DNA of 64,000 nucleotides from Alphaproteobacteria bacterium (GCA_009693995.1 SHWA01000001.1:6377-70376), one strand, 5' to 3'; numbered from the stretch's first letter, positions 19,196-29,138 are shown. Notes: generated by a model not told the origin, from the letters alone. Program-made: numbers and translations.

Positions 19196-20005
19196 TCATG
19201 GCGCGTGCCCAGGCACCGCCCAGAGATCGACATGGCCGACCGTCAGGCAGAGTTCGTCGCGGGCGAGGGCCGCCATGCGCGCAGCCTGCCAATCCACCAG
19301 ATCCGGCGCTGAGACTGCCCCGCTCTCGGCCACGGCCTGGTACCACCCGGCGACCAGGCGCCGTTGCAGTGCCGCCGCTTCCGCCCCCAAGACCCAGTCG
19401 GCGAGGCCAGTCGCCACCTGGTAACCGCGGCTGGCGAAAATCGCCGCGGCCGCGGCGACCGCGAGCGGCCCCAGCGCATCGCCGAGGCCCTTGTCACGGT
19501 GCTGATGGCGATTGAAGGCCGCGAAGACGGCGCCGTCCAGCGCGTGCGCCGGTTGCGCGGCCAGGCGGCCATCGACGCTGAGGGCGGCATAGACCGGCCG
19601 CCGCCGCGCGGCCGCGGCGGTTGCCAGGCGCTCCAGCCAGGACCGCGACACCAGGTCGAGGAAGGCCGAGGTGGTCAGCAGATCGGCCGGCCGCGCCAGT
19701 ACGGCCTCGAGGTCCCGGTCGAGATCCGCCCGATCGAACACGGCTGGCACACCGGTGGCGGCGCAGGCGGCCTTGGCGCGCCCGAGCAGCCCGGCGTCAC
19801 GATCGACCAGATGCCATGCCTGGGACTGCCCGAGGTGGGGTGCGAGCGCGCGCAATGTGGAGCCCGTGCCACAGGCGAGATCGGTCACGCGCACGGCCTC
19901 GCGGCGCCCGAGATAAACCAGCACCGCATCCCGGATCGGAGCGTTGCGGGCCAGGTGGTCGGCCGGTTCGCGGAGCGCCAGCCAGTCGGCGGAAAAGTCG
20001 CTCAT
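19196..20005 (-). CDS. Class I SAM-dependent methyltransferase
   Basis: 269 aa; motif I VTDLACGTGST; overlaps the upstream GT gene end by 4 nt. Confidence 0.8.
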   Translation of the reverse strand: MSDFSADWLALREPADHLARNAPIRDAVLVYLGRREAVRVTDLACGTGSTLRALAPHLGQSQAWHLVDRDAGLLGRAKAACAATGVPAVFDRADLDRDLEAVLARPADLLTTSAFLDLVSRSWLERLATAAAARRRPVYAALSVDGRLAAQPAHALDGAVFAAFNRHQHRDKGLGDALGPLAVAAAAAIFASRGYQVATGLADWVLGAEAAALQRRLVAGWYQAVAESGAVSAPDLVDWQAARMAALARDELCLTVGHVDLWAVPGHAP

Positions 20006-21039
20006 GCCGCGGCCTCGAGGGCGCCGGCGACGCGATCGACGGTGGCTTCCCAGCGCGGCAGTGCAACCGCCGCCAGCCGCGCGCCGGCGGCGAGGGCGGC
20101 GCGCCGGCGGCGGCTGCCGATCAGGTCTTGCAGCACTTGCGCCAGGGCCCCCGCGTCGCCAGGCGGGACCAGGACTCCGGCGCCTGCGGGCACCACCTCG
20201 GGAACCGCCCCGGCCGTGGTGCCCACCACCGGCAGCCCGTGCGCGAGGGCCTCGGCGTAGACCATGCCATAGCCCTCATAGCGCGAGGCGAGCACGAACA
20301 AGTCCGCGCGATCATAGAGCGCGACCAGGCGGCCGGCGTCCACAGGACCCAGCAGCGCCACACGCTCGTCGAGGCCGGTGGCCGTAATCAGGGAACGCAG
20401 CCGGTCGGCCTCGGCCCGATCGCGCGCCTCGCCAGCGATCGCGAGACGCCAGGGCAACCCGCGCAGCCCCGCGAGCGCGGCGATCAGCACGTCGTGGCCC
20501 TTGCGCGGCACCAGGCTGCCGACGGAGAGCAGCGCGACCGCCTCGCCACCGCTGCCGCGAGCAGGGGGCGCCGGCGAGGTTCCAGGCGGGGCGACCACCA
20601 GCCGCTCGCGCGGCACGCCATAGGCGGCGGCCAGCATCGCGGCGGTCGTCCGGCTGGTGGTGACGACACGGTGCGCAGCGGCGAGGGCCGCCCGTTCGCT
20701 GGTCGCCAGCGCCGCCGCGCGACCCGGTGCCGCGCCGGTCTCCAATGCGAGGGGGTGATGGATCAGGGCGACCAGCGGCCGCTTCCTGCCGAGGCGGGCG
20801 CCGATCTCCGGCAGCGCGCCCAGGGCGAGGCCATCGATCAGGAGCGTCCGATCGACCGGCACGCTCGCAAGACACGCGTAGCTCTCGGCCAGGATGGCGT
20901 CGTCCGGGTCGGGAAAGCGGTCGCTCAAGGGCAGCATCCGGACCGTCCAGCCGCGCGCGGCGAGCCCGGCGGCCACGTGCCGATCGTAGGCGTGGCCCCC
21001 GGTCGGCGCATCGAGGGCACCGGGTACGGCGAACACCAC
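20002..21039 (-). CDS. Glycosyltransferase family 4 (GT1/GT-B fold)
   Basis: GT4 C-terminal motif (EGYGMVYAEALAHGLPVV); start uncertain: GTG at 21037-21039 avoids overlap with queD-like gene; alternatives TTG 21054 or ATG 21084. Confidence 0.7.
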   Translation of the reverse strand: MVFAVPGALDAPTGGHAYDRHVAAGLAARGWTVRMLPLSDRFPDPDDAILAESYACLASVPVDRTLLIDGLALGALPEIGARLGRKRPLVALIHHPLALETGAAPGRAAALATSERAALAAAHRVVTTSRTTAAMLAAAYGVPRERLVVAPPGTSPAPPARGSGGEAVALLSVGSLVPRKGHDVLIAALAGLRGLPWRLAIAGEARDRAEADRLRSLITATGLDERVALLGPVDAGRLVALYDRADLFVLASRYEGYGMVYAEALAHGLPVVGTTAGAVPEVVPAGAGVLVPPGDAGALAQVLQDLIGSRRRRAALAAGARLAAVALPRWEATVDRVAGALEAAA

Positions 21040-21040
21040 C

Positions 21041-21448
21041 TCACGCGGGGCCAAGGGGCGCCTCGTACCAGGCCCGCGCCACATGGGATTCGGCGAGCGC
21101 GACCCTGAGCGCCGCCACCTCGGCCGCGGGGCGCCCGACACGGCCCGCGCGGACCGCGCCGGCCAACTGGTCGAACACATGCTTCGCCAGGGCCTCGGTG
21201 GTGGTATTGCGGCCGCGAAACTCCACCACGTCGTCGAGATTGCGGTAGTTCAGGGGGGCGAGCACTTGGCGTAAAACCTCGCTGGCGCGGCCGATATCGA
21301 CGATCAGGCCGTCGCCGTCGAGTTCGCGGGTGAAGAAGGTCGCATCGACCACGAAGGTCGCCCCGTGCAGCCGCTGGGCGGGGCCGAATACCGCCCCCTG
21401 GAAACTGTGCGCGATCATGATGTGGTCACGGACCGAGAGCGCAAACAT
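21041..21448 (-). CDS. 6-pyruvoyl-tetrahydropterin synthase / QueD-family protein (atypical, no Cys in the HGH-motif region)
   Basis: 135 aa; PTPS-like fold features (IAHSF..., RLHGATFVVD...) but lacks the Cx3HGH cysteine. Confidence 0.6.
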   Translation of the reverse strand: MFALSVRDHIMIAHSFQGAVFGPAQRLHGATFVVDATFFTRELDGDGLIVDIGRASEVLRQVLAPLNYRNLDDVVEFRGRNTTTEALAKHVFDQLAGAVRAGRVGRPAAEVAALRVALAESHVARAWYEAPLGPA

Positions 21449-21573
21449 GGCAACGACCTTGATACGTTGGTGGAGCTAGGCGGGACCAGCGCACCGATCA
21501 ATGCGGCAAGTTGCGCGGCGACGCCAGAGGGTCGTCGTCGGCCTTGCCTTCGTCCCCCGCTTGCCCAATTACA

Positions 21574-23400
21574 ATGGCGCCCTCGGCGAACCGGAGGCGG
21601 CGCGGCGTGGCGGATCACGGGCAGAGCGCGGGACCATCGGCAGCGGCCATTGGTCGCCGGCGTGCGGCGTTTGCCATCCTGGTCGTGGCCACGGTCCTGG
21701 CGATGCTGGCACTGATGGTCCGCACCCTTTCCACCGACGGTATCGACATGGTGGACGGGCTGATGCTGTTCGCCCTCCTGATCAACCTGCCTTGGACGGT
21801 GATCGGCTTCTTGAATGCCTGCTTCGGCCTGGCGCTCACCCTGTTCGCCCGCGACCCCGAGACGACCGCCGCGCCCCTCGCCCGCCACATCCGGGGCGAC
21901 GAGCCGATCACCGGCGCGACCGCAATTCTGGTCTGCATCCGCAATGAGGAGCCGGCGCGGCTGCGGCGCAATCTCGATGCCATGCTGGGCGGCCTGATCG
22001 CGAGCGGAGCGGCGCCCCACCTGCACTGCTTCGTACTCAGCGACACCAACCGGCCCGAGATCGCGGGGGCGGAGGAAGCGCTCGCTGCCGACCTTGCATT
22101 ACGCTTTGGTTCGCGCCTGCCCGTGACCTACCGCCGCCGCCCCGACAACCCGGGGTTCAAGGCCGGCAACATCCGCGACTTCTGCGACCGCTGGGGCAGC
22201 GGCTTCGCCTTCGCCCTGGTGCTGGATGCCGACAGCTTCATGAGCACCGAGGCGATGCTGCGCCTGATCCGCACCATGCAGGCGACCCCGACGCTCGGCA
22301 TCTTGCAGAGCCTGGTGGTCGGCATGCCCACCGCGAGCGCCTTCGCGCGCCTGTTCCAATTCGGCATGCGCCTCGGCATGCGCTCCTACACCCTGGGCAG
22401 CGCGTTCTGGCAGGCCGATTGCGGGCCCTATTGGGGCCATAACGCGATCATCCGCCTGGCTCCCTTCATCGCCCACTGCCACCTGCCGCGCCTGCGGGGC
22501 GGACGGTGGGTCTTGAGCCATGACCAGGTCGAAGCGGTGCTCATGCGCCGCGCCGGCTACGAGGTGCGCATCCTCCCGGTCGAGGACGCCTCCTGGGAGG
22601 AAAACCCGCCGACCCTGCCGGAGTTCATCCGCCGCGATCTGCGCTGGTGCCAGGGCAACATGCAATACTGGCAGTTGCTGGCGACACCCGGCCTGCTGCC
22701 GGTCAGCCGCATTCAACTGGTGCTGGCGATCCTGATGTTCCTCGGCTCGCCGGCCTGGGTCGGCATGGTGACGCTGTTCACCATATTCGGCGTGCTGTCG
22801 CCGACGCCGATCTTCGATCCCCTCTATGGCACCGTGATCCTGTTGGCCACCCTGGCCATGGTGTTCGCGCCCAAGATCGCGAGCGTGATCGTGGTCCTGC
22901 TGCTGCCCGAGCAGCGCCGCGCCTTCGGCGGTGCGCCCCGGTTCGCGGCGAGCGTGCTGGTCGAGGTACTGTTCATGGCGACTCTCGCGCCGATCGTGGC
23001 GGTGGCGCACACGGTCTTCCTGTGCGGCCTCCCCTTCGGCCGCACCATGGGCTGGACCGCGCAGTTGCGGGACGACCAGGCGGTGCCCTTCGCCGTCGCC
23101 TGGAAGCGGCTCTGGCCGCAGACCCTGCTCGGCATCGCCGGCATCCTCTGGGTGGGCGTGCTGGCGCCGTGGGCCTTTCCCTACCTGCTGCCGTTCGTCG
23201 GGCCGCTCGCGATCGCGATTCCCTATGCGATGGTGAGCGCCTCGCCGGACCTCGGGCTGGCGCTTGCCCGCCTCGGCGTCGGGCGCCTGCCGGAGGAGAC
23301 CGCCCCGCCCGCCGCCCTCCTCCCGCTCGCGCTGCCGGCGGTGGTGGCGAACCCGGGCCCGCCGGCGCTCCGCGCCGAGCCCGCGGCGGTCGAGCGCTGA
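21574..23400 (+). CDS. opgH: Glucans biosynthesis glucosyltransferase H (OpgH/MdoH, GT2)
   Basis: ~608 aa from first ATG (track ORF begins at TTG 21511); GT2 motifs (LDADS..., QGNMQYW) and multiple TM segments. Confidence 0.85.
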   Translation: MAPSANRRRRGVADHGQSAGPSAAAIGRRRAAFAILVVATVLAMLALMVRTLSTDGIDMVDGLMLFALLINLPWTVIGFLNACFGLALTLFARDPETTAAPLARHIRGDEPITGATAILVCIRNEEPARLRRNLDAMLGGLIASGAAPHLHCFVLSDTNRPEIAGAEEALAADLALRFGSRLPVTYRRRPDNPGFKAGNIRDFCDRWGSGFAFALVLDADSFMSTEAMLRLIRTMQATPTLGILQSLVVGMPTASAFARLFQFGMRLGMRSYTLGSAFWQADCGPYWGHNAIIRLAPFIAHCHLPRLRGGRWVLSHDQVEAVLMRRAGYEVRILPVEDASWEENPPTLPEFIRRDLRWCQGNMQYWQLLATPGLLPVSRIQLVLAILMFLGSPAWVGMVTLFTIFGVLSPTPIFDPLYGTVILLATLAMVFAPKIASVIVVLLLPEQRRAFGGAPRFAASVLVEVLFMATLAPIVAVAHTVFLCGLPFGRTMGWTAQLRDDQAVPFAVAWKRLWPQTLLGIAGILWVGVLAPWAFPYLLPFVGPLAIAIPYAMVSASPDLGLALARLGVGRLPEETAPPAALLPLALPAVVANPGPPALRAEPAAVER

Positions 23401-23404
23401 GTCC

Positions 23405-24181
23405 ATGGCAACCGCGACCCCGCCGCTGCCACTCGGCCGGCGCTGGACCCAGGTCAGGGGCGTGCTGCGTTCGCTCCTCCTCTACTACCGGGACGCCGCG
23501 CGGCGGCGCGCCATGGACCGCCTGCACGCCGGGTTCATGCGGCCGGGCGATCTGGTGTTCGACATCGGCGCCCATGTCGGCGACCGGATCGCCTCGTTCC
23601 GGCGCCTCGGATGCCGAGTGGTCGCGGTCGAGCCGCAGCCGGCACTGGTGGCCACCCTCCGCCTGCTCTATGGCAGAAGCGCCGGCGTGACCATCGAGCC
23701 GGTCGCGGTCGGCGACCATGAGGGCATCCTGACTCTGCATCTGAACCTGGCGAATCCGACGTTGGCCACGGGATCCACCGCCTTCATCGCCGCCGCCGGC
23801 GGCGCCGCGGGCTGGGAAGGCCAGAGCTGGTCGCACCGGGTCGACGTGCCCCTCACCACCCTCGACCGGCTGATCGCGCGCCATGGCCGGCCACGCTTCA
23901 TCAAGATCGACGTGGAGGGGCTGGAAGCCGCCGTCCTCGGCGGCCTCGGCGCAGCGCCGCCCGCTCTCTCCTTCGAGTTCACCACCATCCAGCGCGGCGT
24001 CGCCGTGGCCGCCCTGGACCGCTGCCTGGTCCTGGGCTTGCGCCGCTTCAATGCCGCGCTCGGGGAGTCCCAGTCCTTGGTCTTCGCCGAGTGGCAGGAC
24101 GGCCGCGCCATCGCACGCTGGCTGACCGAGCTGCCCCACACGGCGAATTCCGGCGACATCTACGCCCAGGAAGGTTCCTGA
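23405..24181 (+). CDS. FkbM-family methyltransferase
   Basis: 258 aa from ATG 23405 (4 nt after opgH stop); FkbM signature FDIGAHVGD ... FIKIDVEG. Confidence 0.8.
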   Translation: MATATPPLPLGRRWTQVRGVLRSLLLYYRDAARRRAMDRLHAGFMRPGDLVFDIGAHVGDRIASFRRLGCRVVAVEPQPALVATLRLLYGRSAGVTIEPVAVGDHEGILTLHLNLANPTLATGSTAFIAAAGGAAGWEGQSWSHRVDVPLTTLDRLIARHGRPRFIKIDVEGLEAAVLGGLGAAPPALSFEFTTIQRGVAVAALDRCLVLGLRRFNAALGESQSLVFAEWQDGRAIARWLTELPHTANSGDIYAQEGS

Positions 24182-25110
24182 TGCGGCACTTGCTCCGCCT
24201 CCTCCTCTGCGGCGCCCTCGCCCTCCTCCCGCTCGCGGCCCGGGCGGTCGAGGTGTCGGTGGTGAACGCCTCCAAGCCGACCCGCTGCGCCGAGGAGGAC
24301 AATGTCTACGTCAAGCTCCAGAGCGATGGGGTGCGCCGCTTCACCGTGACCGCGCGGCATCCGCCCTATCTCGGCGCCGTGACCGTGGACTCCGCCGCCG
24401 CCGACTTCACCCACTGCGCGATTTCCGGGGCCAAGGACTATCCCTTCACCCCGCGCAGCGTGACCCTGTTCGAGGACGGCGAGTGGCGCCTGATGGGCCA
24501 CACCTATGGCGGGTTCTGGACCCCCTATGTGGTGCCGGTCAGGGTCGGCGCGCGGGTGGAATCGGGTCTGCACCTGTTGCAGCTGATCCGCCGGCACAAG
24601 GGCGAATGGATCGAACTCCTGGTGCTCTACCCGGCCGACGGTTACTGGCGCACCAAGCCGCTGCCGCCCGACCATCTGCCCGATACCGCCTATGGCTCCT
24701 CGTTCCTGTTCGGCCCGATCGTGGAGCGCGAGCGGCCGCTGGTGGTTATCGACGCGGTCGAATACGTGCCTGCCACCCGCACCTTCCGTCTCGCCTTCGC
24801 CGAGGGTGGTGGCACCGGCACGCTCCGCCTCGCCGGCTTCGACACCAGCGAAGTCACCCTGGCCGTCGCGCTCGAGCGCACGATCGCGCCGGACCGCCCC
24901 TTCGCCGCGCTGCGCTCGATGTTCGTGACCCCCGGCAACGCCGACGTGATCGAGGCCGCCTTCATTGCTGGCGACGGCCGCCGCGGAATACCCGCCGGGA
25001 TTCTCGACTTCGCCCGTGAACGCGCCGCCGAAGTGAGCTTCGGCCGCCGCTGGCCCTCGCGCCACAACCTGAGCGCTCCCGACCTGATCTTCGGTGCTTT
25101 CGGCCGCTGA
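24181..25110 (+). CDS. Secreted hypothetical protein (signal peptide MRHLLRLLLCGALALLPLAARA)
   Basis: 309 aa; start ATG overlaps FkbM stop (TGATG); no recognisable catalytic motif. Confidence 0.6.
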   Translation: MRHLLRLLLCGALALLPLAARAVEVSVVNASKPTRCAEEDNVYVKLQSDGVRRFTVTARHPPYLGAVTVDSAAADFTHCAISGAKDYPFTPRSVTLFEDGEWRLMGHTYGGFWTPYVVPVRVGARVESGLHLLQLIRRHKGEWIELLVLYPADGYWRTKPLPPDHLPDTAYGSSFLFGPIVERERPLVVIDAVEYVPATRTFRLAFAEGGGTGTLRLAGFDTSEVTLAVALERTIAPDRPFAALRSMFVTPGNADVIEAAFIAGDGRRGIPAGILDFARERAAEVSFGRRWPSRHNLSAPDLIFGAFGR

Positions 25111-25220
25111 GGCGAGGCGACCGGACCGCCTGCGGCTTGCCGGCGACCGGCCACCGGGCTTAGGCTCGCTCTCGACTGGAACCAGACCTGGCAGCGATGC
25201 CGTGCACGGGAGCAAGGATC

Positions 25221-25751
25221 ATGGCCACCGTCTCCAGCTCCAAGGTCGACATGATGCGGCGCGTGGCGCGGCTGAAGTCGCTGAAGGCGTCGCGCCTGGC
25301 CTTCGTCGACACCCGCATTCCCGGCCACGAGCGCGAGATCTATGACGTGATCGGTTCGGGCGTGACCGAGGATGCCAAGTCGCGCCCCGCGATCACCGAC
25401 GCGCAGGACTTCAACCTCACCTACATCGGCGCCAAGCCCGGCAACGGCGCGGCGCTCCACTCCCACTCGGCCGGCGTCGAGGTGTTCATTCCGATCACCG
25501 GCACCTGGGCCGTCTTCTGGGGCGACCAGGGCGAGCACGAGGTCATACTGGAACAGGGCGACGTGGTCTCGGTGCCGCCCGGGGTCATGCGTGGGTTCCG
25601 GAACACCGGCAACGCCCACGCCTATCTGATGGCGATACTCGGCGGCACCGACGCGGGCCGCGTCACCTGGTCGCCCGCCGTGCTGGAAAAGGCCCGGGCC
25701 ACCGGCCTCGGACTGGACGCCGCCGGCAACCTGATCGAACTTCCCCGCTAG
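25221..25751 (+). CDS. Cupin-domain protein
   Basis: 176 aa from ATG 25221 with AGGA RBS; cupin motifs G(X)5HXH-like (GNGAALHSHSAGVEVFIP... PPGVMRGFRN). Confidence 0.7.
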   Translation: MATVSSSKVDMMRRVARLKSLKASRLAFVDTRIPGHEREIYDVIGSGVTEDAKSRPAITDAQDFNLTYIGAKPGNGAALHSHSAGVEVFIPITGTWAVFWGDQGEHEVILEQGDVVSVPPGVMRGFRNTGNAHAYLMAILGGTDAGRVTWSPAVLEKARATGLGLDAAGNLIELPR

Positions 25752-25768
25752 TCCCCGGAGGGATCGCC

Positions 25769-27283
25769 ATGGCAAAGACCCTGCGCGCGCCGGCCACCCC
25801 GTCTGCGTCGGCCCGCATCCGCGCCCGGCTCGATCATCCCGTGATCGACACCGACGGCCACTTCATAGAGATCGAGCCGATCCTGATCGACTACATCGCC
25901 CAGGTGTGCGGGGCCCGCCTCGCCCGCAAATACCGGGAGATGGTGGGCGGCGGCCGGTTCTGGGCCTGGCACCACGCCTCGGATGCCGAGCGCCGGCGCC
26001 GGCGCATCAACCGCCCGCCCTACTGGGCACTGCCGACGACCAACTCGGCCGACCGTGCAGCGGCCATGATCCCCGGCCTCTGGCGCGCGCGCATGGACGA
26101 GTTCGGCATCGACCTCACCCTCGCCTACCCGACCGTCGGGCTGATGCTGATGGGCCTGCCGGACGAGGAGATGCGCCTGGGCTTCATCCGCGCCGCCAAC
26201 ACCATGGTGGCGGATCTCTATCGCGGCCAGGGCGACCGCATCATCCCGGCTGCCACCATCCCGACCCACACGCCGGCGGAGGCGATCGCCGAGCTCGAGC
26301 ATGTGACCGGCACTCTCGGCATGAAGCTCGCCATGGTGAACGGAATCGTGCGCCGCCCGATCGCGGCGGCGGCGGGCCGCCTGCGCAACCTGTCGGCGGC
26401 CGAGAACGGCAACTGGGTGGACGCGCTCGGCCTCGACAGCGAGCACGACTACGATCCCTTCTGGCAGCGGTGCATCGACCTCGGCGTCGCCCCCACCATG
26501 CATAGCCACGCCATCGGCCTGACCACTCGCTGCTCGATCTCCAGCTACAACTACAACCACATCGGCCACTTCGCCGATGCCTCGGAAGCCTCCGCCAAGG
26601 CGCTCTTTCTGGGTGGTGTAACGCGGCGCTTCCCCCAACTCACCGTCGCCTTCCTGGAGTGCGGGGTGGGGTGGGCGGTCTCGCTCTATCACGACCTGAT
26701 CGGCCATTGGGAGAAGCGCAACCTGGCGGCGCTCAAGCGCCACCTGGACCCGGCCAAGATCGACCAGGCGGCCCTGGTCGCCTATGCCGAGCGCTACGGC
26801 GACCCCATCATCCGCGCCAAGGTGGCCGCCACGGGGCGCCTCGACGGGCTGGAATACTTCGTGCAAGAAGAAGACCCGGCGACCCTCGACGAATGGGCGG
26901 CTTCGGGCGTGCAGAGCGCCGCCGACATCCGCGACCGCTTCGTCGCGCCCTTCTATTTCGGCTGCGAGGCGGACGATGCCAGCGTCGGGTGGGCCTTCGA
27001 CGGGCGCGGCATCGCGGGCGGCGCGCGGCTGAACGCCATGTTTTCCTCCGACATCGGCCACTGGGACGTGCAGGACGCCCGCCACATGCTGGCCGAGGCG
27101 TACGAGCTGGTGGAGCACGAGCGGATCCAGCCTGCGGACTTCCGCGATTTCACCTTCACCAATACCGTGCGCCTGCACGGGCGCATGAACCCGGCGTTCT
27201 TCGCCGGCACCGCCGTCGCCGCGGCGGCAGCGGCGGTGCTCGCACCCGCGCGGGCGCGGCGCAGGGTGGCGGCCGGGGACTGA
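25769..27283 (+). CDS. Amidohydrolase-2 family metal-dependent hydrolase/decarboxylase (ACMSD-like)
   Basis: 504 aa; GGAGGG RBS; N-terminal HxH-like (DTDGHFIE) and downstream His/Asp ligands typical of PF04909. Confidence 0.7.
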   Translation: MAKTLRAPATPSASARIRARLDHPVIDTDGHFIEIEPILIDYIAQVCGARLARKYREMVGGGRFWAWHHASDAERRRRRINRPPYWALPTTNSADRAAAMIPGLWRARMDEFGIDLTLAYPTVGLMLMGLPDEEMRLGFIRAANTMVADLYRGQGDRIIPAATIPTHTPAEAIAELEHVTGTLGMKLAMVNGIVRRPIAAAAGRLRNLSAAENGNWVDALGLDSEHDYDPFWQRCIDLGVAPTMHSHAIGLTTRCSISSYNYNHIGHFADASEASAKALFLGGVTRRFPQLTVAFLECGVGWAVSLYHDLIGHWEKRNLAALKRHLDPAKIDQAALVAYAERYGDPIIRAKVAATGRLDGLEYFVQEEDPATLDEWAASGVQSAADIRDRFVAPFYFGCEADDASVGWAFDGRGIAGGARLNAMFSSDIGHWDVQDARHMLAEAYELVEHERIQPADFRDFTFTNTVRLHGRMNPAFFAGTAVAAAAAAVLAPARARRRVAAGD

Positions 27284-27292
27284 CACTCCGAC

Positions 27293-27757
27293 TCAGAAGA
27301 TGCCGGCGTCCAGGCCCGCCGCCATGAAGGCACCGAGGCCCTCGGCCTCCGCCACGAACTCGTCCCGCCAGGCGCCGCGGCAGATGACGGGCGCATGCAC
27401 GCTGCGCCAGCGGAGCCCCGTGGTGATGGTCTCGACCGCGCGGCGCGTGCCGGTGCCGTCCTGGCCGGCGCGGATCAGGAGCGCGTGGGCCAGGCCCTGG
27501 GTGTGCTCCTGGCACGGATTATAGATGCGATCGAAGAAGTCCTTCAGCGCGCCGCTCATGTAGCCGAGGTTCTCAGGTGTCGCGAGGATCACCGCCGAGG
27601 CCGCCCGCACATCCGCCGCACGGGTATCGAAAGGCGAGCGGCAATCGACGGTGAAGTCGGTGGCACCGGCCCCCTCTGCCCCGCGCCGGAGCGCTTCGCG
27701 GAGCGCGGTCGTATTAGGCGAAGGCGCGTGCGCGACGATCAGGAGGTGCTTCGCCAC
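27293..27757 (-). CDS. Flavodoxin-like fold NAD(P)H-dependent FMN reductase family protein
   Basis: ~154 aa from GTG 27755-27757 (8 nt after FAD-oxidoreductase stop); KHLLIVAHAPSPNTTAL... ILATPENLGYMSGALKDFFDR motifs; the 370-aa track ORF extending to 28405 is an artefact. Confidence 0.55.
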   Translation of the reverse strand: MAKHLLIVAHAPSPNTTALREALRRGAEGAGATDFTVDCRSPFDTRAADVRAASAVILATPENLGYMSGALKDFFDRIYNPCQEHTQGLAHALLIRAGQDGTGTRRAVETITTGLRWRSVHAPVICRGAWRDEFVAEAEGLGAFMAAGLDAGIF

Positions 27758-27764
27758 GGCCCGT

Positions 27765-29138
27765 TCACCGCCCTCGGCGCTCCGCCGCCGCGACACTGCC
27801 GGCGATGCGACCGAGGCCGAGGGCGGTGAGCAGGCCGTTGCCCGAGGCGTAGCCGGCGGCGCCCTGGCGGCCGCTGATGCCGGCCGCGGCGCCGCCGCCG
27901 GCATAGAGGCCGGGGATCGGCGACCCTGCGCGATCCAGCACGCGCGCGCGGGCGTCGACGCGGAGGCCGCCCTGGGTGTGGAACAGGCCCGGCCGCACCC
28001 GGGCGACATAATAGGGCGGCACCAGCGGCGCATGGCCGAACGCGGTCCGGCCGAAGGCATCCGGTGCCGCCCCGGCCGCGGCCCGGTCGTAAGCGGCGAC
28101 GGTCGTGGCGAGCGGCGCGGCCGGCAGGTCGAAGAGCGCCGCGGCCCGCGCCACGGTCTCCGCCCGGCGCACTCCCCCCATCGCCAGCATCTCGGCGAAC
28201 TCCTCTTCCCTGGCCGCGACCTCGCAGATGCGCTGGTCGAAGAGGGCGAAGGCAAACGCGCCTTGGCGCAGCACCCGGGGGGCGAAGCCCGAGTAGCCAG
28301 CACTCTCGTCGCCGAACCGCGTGCCGTCGGCGCCCACCAGGATGCCGCCGTGTTCGATCGTGGTCCAGGACAGCAGGTTGCCGTGCGGATAGACCACCGC
28401 CGCATACCCCTGATAGGCGCCCATATTGGCTAGGCCGGCGTCGAGCGCCCGGCCCCACGTCACCGCATCGCCGGTGCTGCCCAAAGCCCCGAAGTACTCG
28501 GCGCCAGCGATCTCCGGGCAGAACTCGGCGACCAGTGCCCGGTTGGCGGCAAAGCCATTGGTCGCCAGCACCACCGCGCCGGCCCGGATGCGGGAGGGCG
28601 CCCGGGCGCCGCCGATCTCCACGCCGGCGATGCCGCGGTCATCCGCCAGCAGCCGCACGACCGGGTTACCGACCGCGACCGGAATGGCGCGCGCCGCCGC
28701 CGCCCGCAACAGGTCGTCGAGCAGGTCGCGGCCGCGGCGCGAGCGCGGCGCGTGCAGCCGCGGCACCGAGTGGCCGACGTGGCGGTAGTCGGTGATCAGC
28801 GCGATCCGCGCCCCCACCCGGTCCACTAGCCACTCGACCAGTCCCGCCGAGGCGTGGGCGAGCGTCCGGGTGACCGCGGGAGAATCGTCGTCGCCAGCGA
28901 TCGCCGCGAGGTCGGCGATCAGGGCTTCCGGCGAATCCACGATGCCGGCCTCGGCCTGAAAGCGGCTGCCGGCGCCGGGCACCGAGCCGGTCGAGAGCGC
29001 GGTGTTGCCGCCCGGGCGGTCGAGCTTCTCCACCACCGCCGTGCGCAGGCCGCCATCGTGGGCGGCGATCGCCGCCACCAGGCCGCAGGCGCCGGCGCCG
29101 ACGGCGAGCAGGTCCAGCTCCATGTCCCAATCGGCCAT
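27765..29138 (-). CDS. FAD-dependent oxidoreductase (fumarate reductase/succinate dehydrogenase flavoprotein-like, KstD/TcuA-like)
   Basis: 457 aa from ATG 29136-29138 (MADWDMELDLLAVGAGACGLVAA = FAD dinucleotide motif), C-terminal GLYAGG. Confidence 0.8.
   Translation of the reverse strand: MADWDMELDLLAVGAGACGLVAAIAAHDGGLRTAVVEKLDRPGGNTALSTGSVPGAGSRFQAEAGIVDSPEALIADLAAIAGDDDSPAVTRTLAHASAGLVEWLVDRVGARIALITDYRHVGHSVPRLHAPRSRRGRDLLDDLLRAAAARAIPVAVGNPVVRLLADDRGIAGVEIGGARAPSRIRAGAVVLATNGFAANRALVAEFCPEIAGAEYFGALGSTGDAVTWGRALDAGLANMGAYQGYAAVVYPHGNLLSWTTIEHGGILVGADGTRFGDESAGYSGFAPRVLRQGAFAFALFDQRICEVAAREEEFAEMLAMGGVRRAETVARAAALFDLPAAPLATTVAAYDRAAAGAAPDAFGRTAFGHAPLVPPYYVARVRPGLFHTQGGLRVDARARVLDRAGSPIPGLYAGGGAAAGISGRQGAAGYASGNGLLTALGLGRIAGSVAAAERRGR

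Noticed and set aside
27293-28405. 370-aa ORF overlapping the FAD oxidoreductase on the same strand
   Set aside because: Only its last ~154 aa (flavodoxin-like) look protein-like. The remainder is Arg/Pro/Ala-rich and sits out of frame inside the well-supported FAD oxidoreductase gene.
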